Shown here: in pieces, positions 19,279 through 29,900 of the stretch
Layout of the letters: each line of letters opens with the position of its first letter
How positions within the stretch are numbered: the first letter of the stretch is position 1
Virus record (IMG/VR): IMGVR_UViG_3300028920_000081
Location: 1 to 56,366 of that record
Length of the DNA stretch: 56,366 nt
Reading direction: 5' to 3' (one strand)
DNA from: a virus
Lineage: Duplodnaviria; Caudoviricetes
Notes under the pieces: model-generated
Told to the model about the DNA's origin: nothing
Databases searched by the model: none
What the model saw: the letters and a program-made list of their open reading frames with translations, nothing else
Position numbers and translations under genes: made by a program

Positions 19279-20286
19279 ATGGCTTATACAACTTATTCGA
19301 AAGTTTATTTATTGTCCAATTTAACAACTTCTGATGTTTCTGCGGATGATGTAACTGATATAATTTCTGAAGTTACTAAGGAATTAAATAATGATATTAA
19401 CATTCGAGTCTCTAGGGAATATGTAGATTACATAGACCAAACAAGACAAAATAAAAGAGATGGTTCTAACACCACTTATTACATTACAAATTGGAGAAAA
19501 TATCTTGCAGATATGAATAATGATGGAAGAATAACTCCCGAAGATATTGCAGTATATAAGATTGATTCTGATGGTAATGAAACTAAGGTTGCTGTTAAAA
19601 CAATAGCAGGATGTTCTTCTTATCAAAAATGGGGATTTAGTGCAAAAAAAACTAAAAACTCTCCAACTGGTTTAACAAATGATTCTACAGCTTATACAGC
19701 TTCTATATCTGTTGATGGAACTACAAATTCTATTTCAGTTACTGGTTCTGATGCTCAAACACTTTCTACTTTAATTGACGAAATAAATTCCGATTTAAGT
19801 GGCGCAACTGCTAGTTGGGATACAACTGGAAATGGGTATATCAAAATAACTTCTAATTCTTCTGGGGAGGAAACTTCAGAATCTTCTATTGCTATTACTG
19901 ATACTGACTTATTTTCTTCACTTACTAATATTAATGCTTCTGTTGAAACTGCTGTTACTGGGGTTAGCAATAAGGATTATCCTGGACAATTTGTTCTTGA
20001 AACTGCGGTTGATGCAGATTACAAATTATATGTTACTTATGAATATTGTAATAGAGATCCTTCTGAACCAGATGAAAAAATTAATTTAGCTTGTACATTT
20101 CTTGCTATAGCATACTGTTATGCTAAAGAAAATATTGGTAGAGCTCCACAAGTTGCTTTTGGGAATACTAAACTTTTCAGACACATGCCCTCTTTTGAAC
20201 ATTATTATCAAAGATATAAAAATATGGTAAGTCAAGTTAACCAAGAAGGTTTATTTGATTTTACTGAATCTAAAATCAAGATATAA
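19279..20286 (+). CDS. Head-tail adaptor with an inserted S/T-rich beta domain
   Basis: MAYTTYSKV start and helical C-terminus typical of adaptors; position after the head genes. Confidence 0.6.
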   Translation: MAYTTYSKVYLLSNLTTSDVSADDVTDIISEVTKELNNDINIRVSREYVDYIDQTRQNKRDGSNTTYYITNWRKYLADMNNDGRITPEDIAVYKIDSDGNETKVAVKTIAGCSSYQKWGFSAKKTKNSPTGLTNDSTAYTASISVDGTTNSISVTGSDAQTLSTLIDEINSDLSGATASWDTTGNGYIKITSNSSGEETSESSIAITDTDLFSSLTNINASVETAVTGVSNKDYPGQFVLETAVDADYKLYVTYEYCNRDPSEPDEKINLACTFLAIAYCYAKENIGRAPQVAFGNTKLFRHMPSFEHYYQRYKNMVSQVNQEGLFDFTESKIKI

Positions 20287-20516
20287 TGGGAGAAGGGTGT
20301 TCATATGGTAAAGTTACCAGGCAAATGGTAAGCGACATGAAAGAATCTACTGATAAAGGTCTTAAATTAATAGATACTCGATTGGAAAAAATGGAAAATA
20401 ATATGACTGATATGTTTAATCATCAATCTTCTAGACTACCTCCATGGGTAGCTATTATTTTTACTATAGGAGGAAGTCTCATTACAGGAATGTTAATGTG
20501 GATAATTACTCATTAA
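20286..20516 (+). CDS. Coiled-coil protein with C-terminal TM helix
   Basis: IDTRLEKME coiled coil followed by WVAIIFTIGGSLITGMLMWII. Confidence 0.6.
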   Translation: MGEGCSYGKVTRQMVSDMKESTDKGLKLIDTRLEKMENNMTDMFNHQSSRLPPWVAIIFTIGGSLITGMLMWIITH

Positions 20517-20873
20517 ATGGTTAATTTAGATGCACAACATATAACTAATGAAATTGATTATTATGGAAGTACTGTTACATTAAGAACAGTTACAGATGGT
20601 TCATATTCTAAATGGGGTGATGCTTCAGAAACAACCTCTGATGAAACAAGTTTAAAAGCCATGGTTCAGGTTCTTGATCAATCTGATGATTTAGTTCAAG
20701 AAGGAATTTTCCAAACAGGAGATAAAATATTCTGGTTTAAATCTACTCAAACAGGCCTAAATAGAGGAAATAGAATACAACATAATTCTAAATGGTATGA
20801 GATAGATGAAGTAATTGAACATGATGTTGCTGATTCTTCTTATGTAATAGAAATAAGAACCAAAAAAATATGA
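20517..20873 (+). CDS. Head closure (stopper) protein
   Basis: YGSTVTLRTV...GNRIQHNSKWYEI; position. Confidence 0.7.
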   Translation: MVNLDAQHITNEIDYYGSTVTLRTVTDGSYSKWGDASETTSDETSLKAMVQVLDQSDDLVQEGIFQTGDKIFWFKSTQTGLNRGNRIQHNSKWYEIDEVIEHDVADSSYVIEIRTKKI

Positions 20874-21457
20874 TACACTTTGTCCATGTTCCTAAGACTG
20901 GGGGGACTACGTTTATTACTAATCTTAAAAAGAATAAAGTTAAATTTGAAGCAGGGCATAATGTTTGGTGTGAGAAGAAAAATTTTGGTAAGTATATCAC
21001 TTTCTTAAGACATCCCCTTTATAGAACGTTATCACAAGCTAAATGGGAGATTGAAAAATCTCATATAGTTGATTCTGATTTTTTAGACTGGTTTGTTTTC
21101 AGGCAGCATAATTTTCAAGTAAAGTTTTTACGTAATAGATTTTTTAAAATTCCAGAATCTAAGGAAGTAACTAAAACTGATGTTAATAATATTAAGAAAT
21201 TTCTAAAGAAGAATTTTTTATTTGTTTTTCTTACTGAAGAATTAGATATTAGTCTCCCTAAATTGCTGAAGTTTTTTGATTTAAAACTTTATAAAGAAAA
21301 GGCTAACGTATCTAAAAGAGATATTAGAGTCTCCGAATCTACTATTAAACATATTATAGAGAGCAATAAATTAGATTTTGAATTATATGAGTGGGTTAGA
21401 AAAATATATAAAGATGGTATGCTTAATAATAGTAACTTCAGGGGAAGCAATTTATAG
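20870..21457 (+). CDS. Sulfotransferase family protein
   Basis: PAPS-binding motifs HVPKTGGTT and FLRHPLYRTLS; NKLDFELYE. Confidence 0.85.
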   Translation: MIHFVHVPKTGGTTFITNLKKNKVKFEAGHNVWCEKKNFGKYITFLRHPLYRTLSQAKWEIEKSHIVDSDFLDWFVFRQHNFQVKFLRNRFFKIPESKEVTKTDVNNIKKFLKKNFLFVFLTEELDISLPKLLKFFDLKLYKEKANVSKRDIRVSESTIKHIIESNKLDFELYEWVRKIYKDGMLNNSNFRGSNL

Positions 21458-21512
21458 CGAGTTGTTTTCCCTTTGGCTTGCCTCGGGTGAGGCAAAAACT
21501 TTCAGGTGAAAG

Positions 21513-21995
21513 ATGGCGACAACTCCAAGTGCCTTAAGTAAGAGCACTATAATCCAAAAAGTATTTGAGAATATATATGATAGATTAGCAGATAATGTTT
21601 CTTCTGTTACAATTACTGGAAGCAATTCAATAACAATTCAAACTTATACTAATTCTTATGGAGATAAAAATGTTGATGAAAAATCAGATTATCCTATTTT
21701 AGTTGTTAATTCTCCAGAAATAGATTGGGAAGATTTTACATTTACTACAAAAAAATGTATGGGAACTTTTTCAGTAGATATATTATGCACCCAATCAGAA
21801 GCTGCAGATAAATTCATAGATGCAATAATTAATTCAATAGAAACTTATAGAGATGATTTAAAATCTGTTGGAATGCAATTTGTTAATCTTGAAGGAACAT
21901 CAAGAGATCAATTTTTCAGAGGTAAAATTAAAATTCATGTAAGGAGTTGCGAATTTTCATTCGAATATATCTTTACAAAATCACAAACAAGATGA
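21513..21995 (+). CDS. Tail terminator/completion protein
   Basis: DYPILVVN motif, size, position upstream of tail tube. Confidence 0.6.
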   Translation: MATTPSALSKSTIIQKVFENIYDRLADNVSSVTITGSNSITIQTYTNSYGDKNVDEKSDYPILVVNSPEIDWEDFTFTTKKCMGTFSVDILCTQSEAADKFIDAIINSIETYRDDLKSVGMQFVNLEGTSRDQFFRGKIKIHVRSCEFSFEYIFTKSQTR

Positions 21996-22423
21996 TAAAA
22001 GTTCAAGTTAAAGGTTTAAACAAAGTTAGAAGATATTTATCTAACTTAGGTCCTAGAATAAATAAACAGATTATGAAAGCAGGAGATGAATTTACTGGAT
22101 TTGTTCAAAAGTCTGCTAAACTTAGAGCTCCAAGAATGACAGGAGAATTGGCTAGAAGCATTAAAAAGAAAAAAGGTAGAAAACATATAACTGTATTTTC
22201 AGATTCTCCTTATGCAGCATTCCAGGAATTTGGTTTTAAACCACATTGGGTTCATGCAGGAACATCTACAAGGAACTCTGCAGGAACTATCGGAGCAGCT
22301 TATAATGTATCTGGTTTCTTATTTGTTAAGAAACATACTCCCTTTATTCTCCCAGCATTTGAAATGGGAATTTCACAGTTGCCTAATTTAATTGAAAGGA
22401 AGATGGCAAAGGCATTAAAATGA
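21992..22423 (+). CDS. HK97 gp10-like neck protein
   Basis: AKLRAPRMTGELARSI, PYAAFQEFG, PFILPA; start reassigned to ATG 21992. Confidence 0.85.
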   Translation: MIKVQVKGLNKVRRYLSNLGPRINKQIMKAGDEFTGFVQKSAKLRAPRMTGELARSIKKKKGRKHITVFSDSPYAAFQEFGFKPHWVHAGTSTRNSAGTIGAAYNVSGFLFVKKHTPFILPAFEMGISQLPNLIERKMAKALK

Positions 22424-22472
22424 ATAGTCGAAGAAGTCGAAGCGTTGAAACAATGAAAGGAGGTTTTAATTA

Positions 22473-23078
22473 ATGGTATCAAGACCTGATACATGGAGTG
22501 AAACAGCAAAAGTAGCAATAGCTGCTCAAAGTGGAAGTGATGTTCATTTCGATACAATCACAGAAACTGTTGACGTAGATATTGGAAATAAAGATTTCGA
22601 TGTAATAGCAACTCTTGGCGGAGGAAGATTAGTAAAATTTACCCCCCAAGAACCAACAACAATTACTCTGGAAGCATATCCATTAGATGCAGGAACTGAC
22701 TCTGGGACTACTGGAGAAGGTTTTTTTGATTTAATGAATAGTTCAGATACATCACAACCAGTTGTTGTGAGTGCAGATAGAGAAAGAAACAAATATAGAA
22801 TTGCTATTATGTGGACTACTGATACTGCTAGCACTACATATGCGGAAAGTCAAGTTGCTTCCCCAACTCAAGCTTGTATGAGAGTTGTGGCTGCAGATGG
22901 ATTTTTTACTAGCGTTAAGCCAAGTTATACAGATGGTGTTTTGAAGTTTACTATAACTTACAAAGTTCCACCGTTTGATAAATCTGGAAATGCTAATTTA
23001 AAGATTGAATCTATAGATGGAAGTGCAACTGCGACATTGACAGCTCTAGCTTCATATACTTCTACGACTAAGTGGTGA
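22473..23078 (+). CDS. Major tail tube protein
   Basis: Position, about 200 aa, S/T/A-rich beta protein, AGGAGG SD. Confidence 0.65.
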   Translation: MVSRPDTWSETAKVAIAAQSGSDVHFDTITETVDVDIGNKDFDVIATLGGGRLVKFTPQEPTTITLEAYPLDAGTDSGTTGEGFFDLMNSSDTSQPVVVSADRERNKYRIAIMWTTDTASTTYAESQVASPTQACMRVVAADGFFTSVKPSYTDGVLKFTITYKVPPFDKSGNANLKIESIDGSATATLTALASYTSTTKW

Positions 23079-23087
23079 GGTAACTAT

Positions 23088-24011
23088 ATGAAGAATATTG
23101 CTCCAAAGATTTTGATTTGCGCTCCAACGAGTGCAAGACATAAGCATCTTATTGATAAATGGCTTAAACATTTAGATAAGCTAGATTATCCTTATTTTGA
23201 TGTTTGCTTAGTTGATACTACACCAGATAAAACCGATTATTTTAATTTTATAAAGAATAAAAAAGTTAAAGATAAAAAGATTATTTCTTGGAGATATAAC
23301 TGGGATTATAAAAAAGAATATTCCCTACAAATGTTAGCAAATGTTAGGGAGGAAATTAGGAAATATTTTGTTGATCATAAAGAGTATGATTTCTTATTTT
23401 GGTTAGATGATGATATATTTATACCAAAATGGGGCTTACAAAGGCTTCTAAGCTACAATAAAGATTTGGTAGGGTTTTATGTTCATGTTTATTATAAACC
23501 CAGCAGAAGGCCTTGTGTGTTTAAATCAGGCGAAATTGTAGTAGGGAAAGGACTAGAATACTATACTTTTAAAGAAATCCTTAAATATAAGGAATTTGCA
23601 AGGAAATATGAGAAGGGTAATTTATCAAAAGAAGAAAAACTTCTAATACCTTATTTAATAAAAGATAGATGGCATCCTTATATTTTTCCAACTTATGCTG
23701 TTGGATTAGGGTGTTGTATGTGCAGTAGAAAAGTTAGTGAAGCTGTTCCTTTTAGGACTCATCCTACTTTTTTAATGGGGGAAGACCTTTGGTGGTTTGC
23801 TGAATGCAATGATAAAAATTTTCAATTTTGGTGTGATAGTAAAACAAGATGTAAGCATGAGAATACTAGCTGGAGTCCTGTAAATAAATTAGATTTGGCT
23901 TATAAAAAGAAAACAGGAATATATATCGTTCAAGGTAAAGAAGGCCCTCCAACAGGAGCTGTATTTTTACAACATAATAAAGAATGGGAGAAGAAAAATG
24001 ATAAGAAGTGA
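23088..24011 (+). CDS. Glycosyltransferase, GT-A/GT2-like
   Basis: DFLFWLDDD, GLGCCM, GEDLWWF...CKH. Confidence 0.85.
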   Translation: MKNIAPKILICAPTSARHKHLIDKWLKHLDKLDYPYFDVCLVDTTPDKTDYFNFIKNKKVKDKKIISWRYNWDYKKEYSLQMLANVREEIRKYFVDHKEYDFLFWLDDDIFIPKWGLQRLLSYNKDLVGFYVHVYYKPSRRPCVFKSGEIVVGKGLEYYTFKEILKYKEFARKYEKGNLSKEEKLLIPYLIKDRWHPYIFPTYAVGLGCCMCSRKVSEAVPFRTHPTFLMGEDLWWFAECNDKNFQFWCDSKTRCKHENTSWSPVNKLDLAYKKKTGIYIVQGKEGPPTGAVFLQHNKEWEKKNDKK

Positions 24012-24486
24012 TTATGAAAATTATTTTGACCCTTATACCCAGGGGGTTATAAGAAATCACGGATTAGATGAAGCTACCTTAAATTTTTTAAAAAATCATC
24101 ATAAAATTCTTGATGCTGGTTCTGGAGCAGGAGTATTGGCTCTAAAACTAAAGGAACTAGGAAAAGATGTTACTTGTATTGATATTTTTAGTAAAAATGT
24201 TGAATACATGAAATCTAAGGGTTTAAACGCCTTAAAAGGCAATATTTGTAATCTCCCTTTCAAGGATAAAGAATTTGATTGTGTAGTTTGTCAAGAAGTT
24301 TTAGAACATTTAATTAATCCTGGGGAAGGGTTAAAGGAATTATGTAGGATTGGGAAAAATGTTGTTTTTACTTTACCTAAAATGTTTCCTGAGGAGTGGC
24401 ATTTTTGGGATATTGATTACGTTCCTTCTGTTTCTAATGCTAATTGTATTATTATTAAATTAATTGATAAGGAGGCAAATAAATGA
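23998..24486 (+). CDS. Class I SAM-dependent methyltransferase (Methyltransf_11-like)
   Basis: ILDAGSGAG, LPFKDKEFDCVVCQEVLEHL. Confidence 0.9.
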   Translation: MIRSDYENYFDPYTQGVIRNHGLDEATLNFLKNHHKILDAGSGAGVLALKLKELGKDVTCIDIFSKNVEYMKSKGLNALKGNICNLPFKDKEFDCVVCQEVLEHLINPGEGLKELCRIGKNVVFTLPKMFPEEWHFWDIDYVPSVSNANCIIIKLIDKEANK

Positions 24487-24791
24487 CTGCAGATGCTATT
24501 TTAAGGAAAGCTAAATCACAAGGTTTGGTTATTAGTAATGTTCCTCAAAAAGTAAGAGATGAATTTACTCATTTTGCAGAAGAAGAATTTGCAGATAATT
24601 ATGCTTCTTGTTTAAAATATGTATGGGATAGTTTTAAACTATGGAAAATGTATTTTGAAAATATGGATATGAAGTTAGATAATATCCTTGAATTATTAAA
24701 TAAAAAAGATAATGTTCCACATAACAAAGAAGAAATAAAACTTCTTTCTGGAAAAACAATTTATAAAACTAAAAAGGAGGTAACGCCATGA
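24483..24791 (+). CDS. Hypothetical protein, possibly RHH-like DNA-binding
   Basis: LVISNVPQKVRDEFTHFA beta-alpha pattern. Confidence 0.4.
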   Translation: MTADAILRKAKSQGLVISNVPQKVRDEFTHFAEEEFADNYASCLKYVWDSFKLWKMYFENMDMKLDNILELLNKKDNVPHNKEEIKLLSGKTIYKTKKEVTP

Positions 24792-25108
24792 GTAAATTAG
24801 GAAATTTTTTAGGGCAGTCTAAAAAGATTCAGATAAAAGAGCAAGAGCTTGAATTATTTCCTCTAAAAGTTAAGGATTTGAAGAAGTTTAATGGTATGGA
24901 AAAGGCTTCAGTAGAAGAACAAGAAAAATTAACTTATGATATGATTAGACTATCATTAAGAGACGAAACAATAACTAATGATGAAATCGGTTCAATGCCA
25001 ATAGAAATATTCAAACAATTAACTAATGAAATAATGGAGTTTAATGGAATGAAAGATGAAAGAGTTGAATCAATTAAAGAGAAGATTGCTCAAGCAAGAA
25101 ACAAGTGA
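24788..25108 (+). CDS. Tail assembly chaperone
   Basis: Size and position upstream of tape measure; LFPLKVKDL...EIMEFNG. Confidence 0.6.
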   Translation: MSKLGNFLGQSKKIQIKEQELELFPLKVKDLKKFNGMEKASVEEQEKLTYDMIRLSLRDETITNDEIGSMPIEIFKQLTNEIMEFNGMKDERVESIKEKIAQARNK

Positions 25109-25277
25109 AAAGGATTTAATATTTAATCTCTGTGAGGTTATGAAGATTGTTGGAGGATATGAACAATTAATGAATCTTCCAATTCCAGCATTAATGGAAA
25201 TATTAAAATACTTGGAACACGTTAATAAAGAGGAGCAGAAAGCTATGGAAAAGGCAAAAAATAGGGGTAAAAGATAA
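25056..25277 (+). CDS. Second tail assembly chaperone ORF (T-like)
   Basis: Overlaps the previous ORF by 53 nt; YEQLMNLPIP motif; precedes tape measure. Confidence 0.55.
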   Translation: MKELNQLKRRLLKQETSEKDLIFNLCEVMKIVGGYEQLMNLPIPALMEILKYLEHVNKEEQKAMEKAKNRGKR

Positions 25278-26480
25278 ATGGTAGATCACAATGAAAGAGT
25301 TAATGTATTCTGGAATTTTATTAATCAAGGTTCTGCTTCTTTAAAAGAAGTTACCAATCAACATCAAAAATTGAGTAATGGAATGGCTCAAACTCAACAG
25401 ATTACTGCTAAGGCAAATACTGGCATGAAAAAGCTTAATCAGTCTGCAGGTAAAGGTATTGGTATTGGAAAAGGTTTTCAATTTGCTTGGTTAGGAGTTA
25501 TGTTTGCTGGTATGGCTTTATATAGAGTATTTGGAGGATTAATTAAACAACAATTAGAAATGTGGGGTGTTACAGAATTATTAAGTCAAACATTGAGTGT
25601 TGTGTTTATACCTTTAATGTCTTTATTAACTCCAATTTTATACGGTTTATTAGCTTTTTTTATGGATCTTCCAGATGGTGTTAAAATGGCTATTGGTGTT
25701 TTTATTCTTTTGGCTGCTGGATTAGGATTATTTTTAATGGTTGTTGGGCAGATAATGTTGGGAGTTTTAGCATTTATTGCCTTATGGCCTACGTTAAGTG
25801 CTGTTGCAACCCCAATAATAGCTGGTTTGGGGGCTAGTTTAGGATTAATTCTTATTATTATTGCTGTAGTAATAGCTGTTGTTGCTGGTATGTATATTGC
25901 TTGGAAAAATAATTTTTTGGGCATGCAACAGGTAGTTCAGAATATTGTTAATGGTATTAAACAATGGTTTGAAGGTTTAAAACAATTTTTTGGTGGAATA
26001 TTAAAAGTTATAAAAGGTTTATTTACAGGAGATTTTGAAATGGTTAAGGAAGGGATTATTATGATTTTTAAGGGATTATGGAATATGTTAATTGGTGGTT
26101 GGCATGCAACAATGAATGCTATTAAAGCAATAGTAATTGGAGCTATTCAAATTGTTTGGAATATTATCAAAGTTGTTATTGATGGTATAAAATGGGTTTT
26201 TGAAAAAATTCCTGGTTTAAATAAATTAAATCCTTTTGGAGCCATAACTTCTATAGGAAAAGGAATATTGGGAAGTTTTGCAACTGGAGGAGTAGTCCCT
26301 CAAACAGGACCTTATGTTCTTCATAAGGGAGAAACAGTAGTTCCAAATGGAAGTGGTTCTGGAATTAATATGAATGTTTCTTACAATGTTACTGTTTCTG
26401 ATAAAAGAGAATTTGAAAATATGTTAAAAGATAATAACAATAAACTTACTCAGGATGTAAGGAGGTTAGTAAATGGCTGA
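25278..26480 (+). CDS. Tape measure protein (short, 400 aa)
   Basis: Hydrophobic/amphipathic W/F-periodic helices, LPDGVK, FATGGVV...LHKGETVVP. Confidence 0.85.
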   Translation: MVDHNERVNVFWNFINQGSASLKEVTNQHQKLSNGMAQTQQITAKANTGMKKLNQSAGKGIGIGKGFQFAWLGVMFAGMALYRVFGGLIKQQLEMWGVTELLSQTLSVVFIPLMSLLTPILYGLLAFFMDLPDGVKMAIGVFILLAAGLGLFLMVVGQIMLGVLAFIALWPTLSAVATPIIAGLGASLGLILIIIAVVIAVVAGMYIAWKNNFLGMQQVVQNIVNGIKQWFEGLKQFFGGILKVIKGLFTGDFEMVKEGIIMIFKGLWNMLIGGWHATMNAIKAIVIGAIQIVWNIIKVVIDGIKWVFEKIPGLNKLNPFGAITSIGKGILGSFATGGVVPQTGPYVLHKGETVVPNGSGSGINMNVSYNVTVSDKREFENMLKDNNNKLTQDVRRLVNG

Positions 26481-26907
26481 AATAACTATATCAAAAGGGG
26501 ATTATAGTGTTACAGTATATGCTACAGAGATAGATGAAGAATATAGTAATAAAATTTTTAATATCATTCCTCCACAATCTAAAAGTTCTCAAGGTTCTGG
26601 ACCTAAAGATGTTAAATTGGTAGATTTGCTTAGAATAACGCATCAAATTGCTATTAAAAGAGCTTATATAACTGCTAGTGATACAAAAACTGCAAAAGAA
26701 GTTAAAGATGATTTAAAATCTATTTTTAATGGTGGAGATGAAAATGGAGGAGAAGTGACATTAACCTATGATGGGGATAGTTTTACAGGATATATAGAAA
26801 AGTTAGGAATTACAGAAGATGCTAATGATGAACCAGATAATTATACCGGAAAAGATAATGCAAAATATCATATCCAAATCACATTCATAGAAGGGGTATC
26901 AATATAA
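26473..26907 (+). CDS. Distal tail-like protein
   Basis: Position after tape measure, size, beta-rich. Confidence 0.55.
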   Translation: MAEITISKGDYSVTVYATEIDEEYSNKIFNIIPPQSKSSQGSGPKDVKLVDLLRITHQIAIKRAYITASDTKTAKEVKDDLKSIFNGGDENGGEVTLTYDGDSFTGYIEKLGITEDANDEPDNYTGKDNAKYHIQITFIEGVSI

Positions 26908-29900
26908 TGGTAACAAAAAAATTAGTTGGTGGATTGCTTTTATTAGTTATTCTTACCGCTTCTGTTTATTTAGTATTTGATAATAAATATAAAATTCTTG
27001 TAGAGAACACCAGAACTCAATATTTTGTAAATGAAAATAGTTCTTGGGTTTTAGCTGCAACTGAATATGTTAATTTATTTGATGGAACAACTAAAATGAG
27101 AGCAAGTTCCAGAGATATAAATTATTCTTTTGATAATTATTATACTACCATAGTTAGAACTTCAGAATGGAAAGATAATATTACTACAATTCAAACTTAT
27201 GTCTTTGAAAATAATGCAACAGATATAGAAGAAGTTCCAATTAAAAATACTCTTGAATGTATTAATTGTGTTGGTAAGATAGTTCATTATGAGATTAGAG
27301 ATATACTCTATGAAGGAGAAACAGAAGTAATTTCTAGTCCATTTGAATTTGGTCATAATATGAAAATTAGTTGGCAAGATGGAGCTTATTATTCTAAGGT
27401 CTTCCAACAAAAAGTAGCAAGTGATAAGATTATAATTAGATATAGACCAGAAGATAATTATGAAACTTATGAAGTTAGATTATTTGATCCAAGTTGGTGG
27501 AATAGTTCTTTCCTTTACAAAAAAGAAATTACTATTAATGAAACTTCCGGAGAGGATTTAATAAATTTTTCGGTTTTAATGAATGTTTCTTATGAAGAAA
27601 ATATGCTTAATGATTTTGCTGATTTAAGGTTTGTTAATTCTACTGATGATGTTGAATTGGGCTATTGGATTGAAAATAAATCAGATGGGGCTTATGCCTG
27701 GATTTGGGTTAATGTTAATTTAACTGCTAGTTCAAATAATACAATTTATATGTATTATGGGAATAATACAGAAGTTGAATCTAATTCTAATGAAAATAAA
27801 ACTTTTTGGTTTTATTATTATGACGATTCAACTCATCAATCTTCATCTCATCACGTTGTTGAGCCAGTTACTGAGGTTAATGTTACTCTTTGGGACGAGT
27901 GGGAATATAAAATTGCTCATTTGACTTCTTATAAAAGTGGGACTACTTGGAGCCAATATGCTGGAGCAGGTTTTGATTATGATGGGACTTCTTATAGAGA
28001 TGGTGATGATGTTTTATTGTTTGGTTCTCAGTCTTGTGATGCAGGAGGGATATATTGGGAAGATGACCCATCTCATTCTGGTTGTAGATTTGGTAATCCT
28101 GATGGAGAGATAGCTTCGGAAGGGACATATACACACCCCTCTACTTATAACGCATCAATAGGTGATGTTCACGAATTGACTATTTTTCAATGGATAGATA
28201 CTTCAGGTAAAACTGCTCAGATAAGATTAACGCAATTTATTCTTAAAGGATATGCAAGTTCAGATCCAATAGTTTATTTTGGAGAGGAAGAAGAATTATC
28301 TGGTGATGCTCCAAATATAACATTAAATGCTCCAGAAGATACATACAACTCATCAAGTCAAACAATAGTCTTTAATTGTACAGGAACAGATGATCAATTA
28401 GTTCAGAATATTTCTTTAATTTTAAATTCAACATATAATGAGACTCTCGTTAGGTCTTATTTATTCACTCCTTCAAATTATTTGGAAGATATTTATTTTT
28501 ATTACTCTTTGAATGATTCTACTAATAGTATTATAGATTATTCTGGTAATGGAATTAATGGTACAAATAGTGGAGGGCAATTAAATTCCCAAGGATATGT
28601 TGATGATGGAATTTATTTTTCTGGAGGATATTCTCAATATATTAATGGAACTTCTACTCCTTTAATATCTCCCAAAAATGGTTCCGTTGTTTTTTGGGTA
28701 AATATAACAAATAGGAGTGATGAAAATTATTTATTCCTTTCTTCTGGTAATCTCGGAAATTTATATATGAGAGCTGGTTTAACTTCTTCAGGAAATTTAA
28801 AACTAAACTTTTATGATTATGATTCAACACCATCACATTTGGAAAAATTTGAAGTTGATTTTATTCCAAATTTAAATGAATGGTATCAAATTGGTTATTC
28901 TTGGGGCGATGCAGGGAGAAAAATTTATGTTAATGGAACCCTTATTGATTCTGACTTAAGTTACCTTGGTAATGGTGGAAGTTCTGATCATGACCCAGGA
29001 TTATATATTGGAAGTTTGTATATGATTGCTCCCCAACAAAAATCTATAAATGGAACAATAGATGATGTGATATTATGGAATAGAAGTTTATCTGATGAAG
29101 AATTTTCATTAATATATAAGGAATATAATAATATAAAGAATGAAACTACTCTTACATTAATAACCACAAAAACATTAGATGATGGAGCATATAATTGGAC
29201 GTGTGAAGCCTGTGATAATGATTCTCAATGCACTAATGCTACTCCAAGACAAGTAAATATTGACACAACTTATCCTCTTATTGAATTTATAGCATATACT
29301 GAAGATAATAATTCTTATGTTTCTCAAGATTGGATTTTAGCAAATGTAAGTATGACTGAAATTAATCCTAAGAATGTTACTTATAGACTTTGGAAGGATA
29401 TAACTTATTGCTATCAAGAAAGTGTTAATGTTTCAAATCAAACAGGAATTGATGGAAATTGTGGATTGAATTATTCTGGTAATTATTCATTTGAAGATTA
29501 TTATTTTTATATTAATTATACTAAACCAGAAGGAGTATTTAATGCTAAATGGTTAGTTAAACATGGTACTTTAGGAATATATAATATAACAATTTTACCA
29601 GAATGTTTTAATGATTTAATAGAATTAAGAATCATTTCAAATGGTACAGATGATGGAGCAAATAGTGTATTTTGGTCAAGACCTCAATGTTATAACACTA
29701 CACATTGGATTGATATAGGTAGTTTATCAAATGGAACTGTTACAAGTTTTAGTTTAAATTATGATAATAATTGGAGTAAAATGTATGATGGGGATTGGAA
29801 TACTTATGCGACTTTTATAACAGATTTAGGGGCTACTCAGATTTGGGATAATCTTGTTACAGGAGATGCTTTTAGAAGTACAGTTTATGAGGAAGGAATG

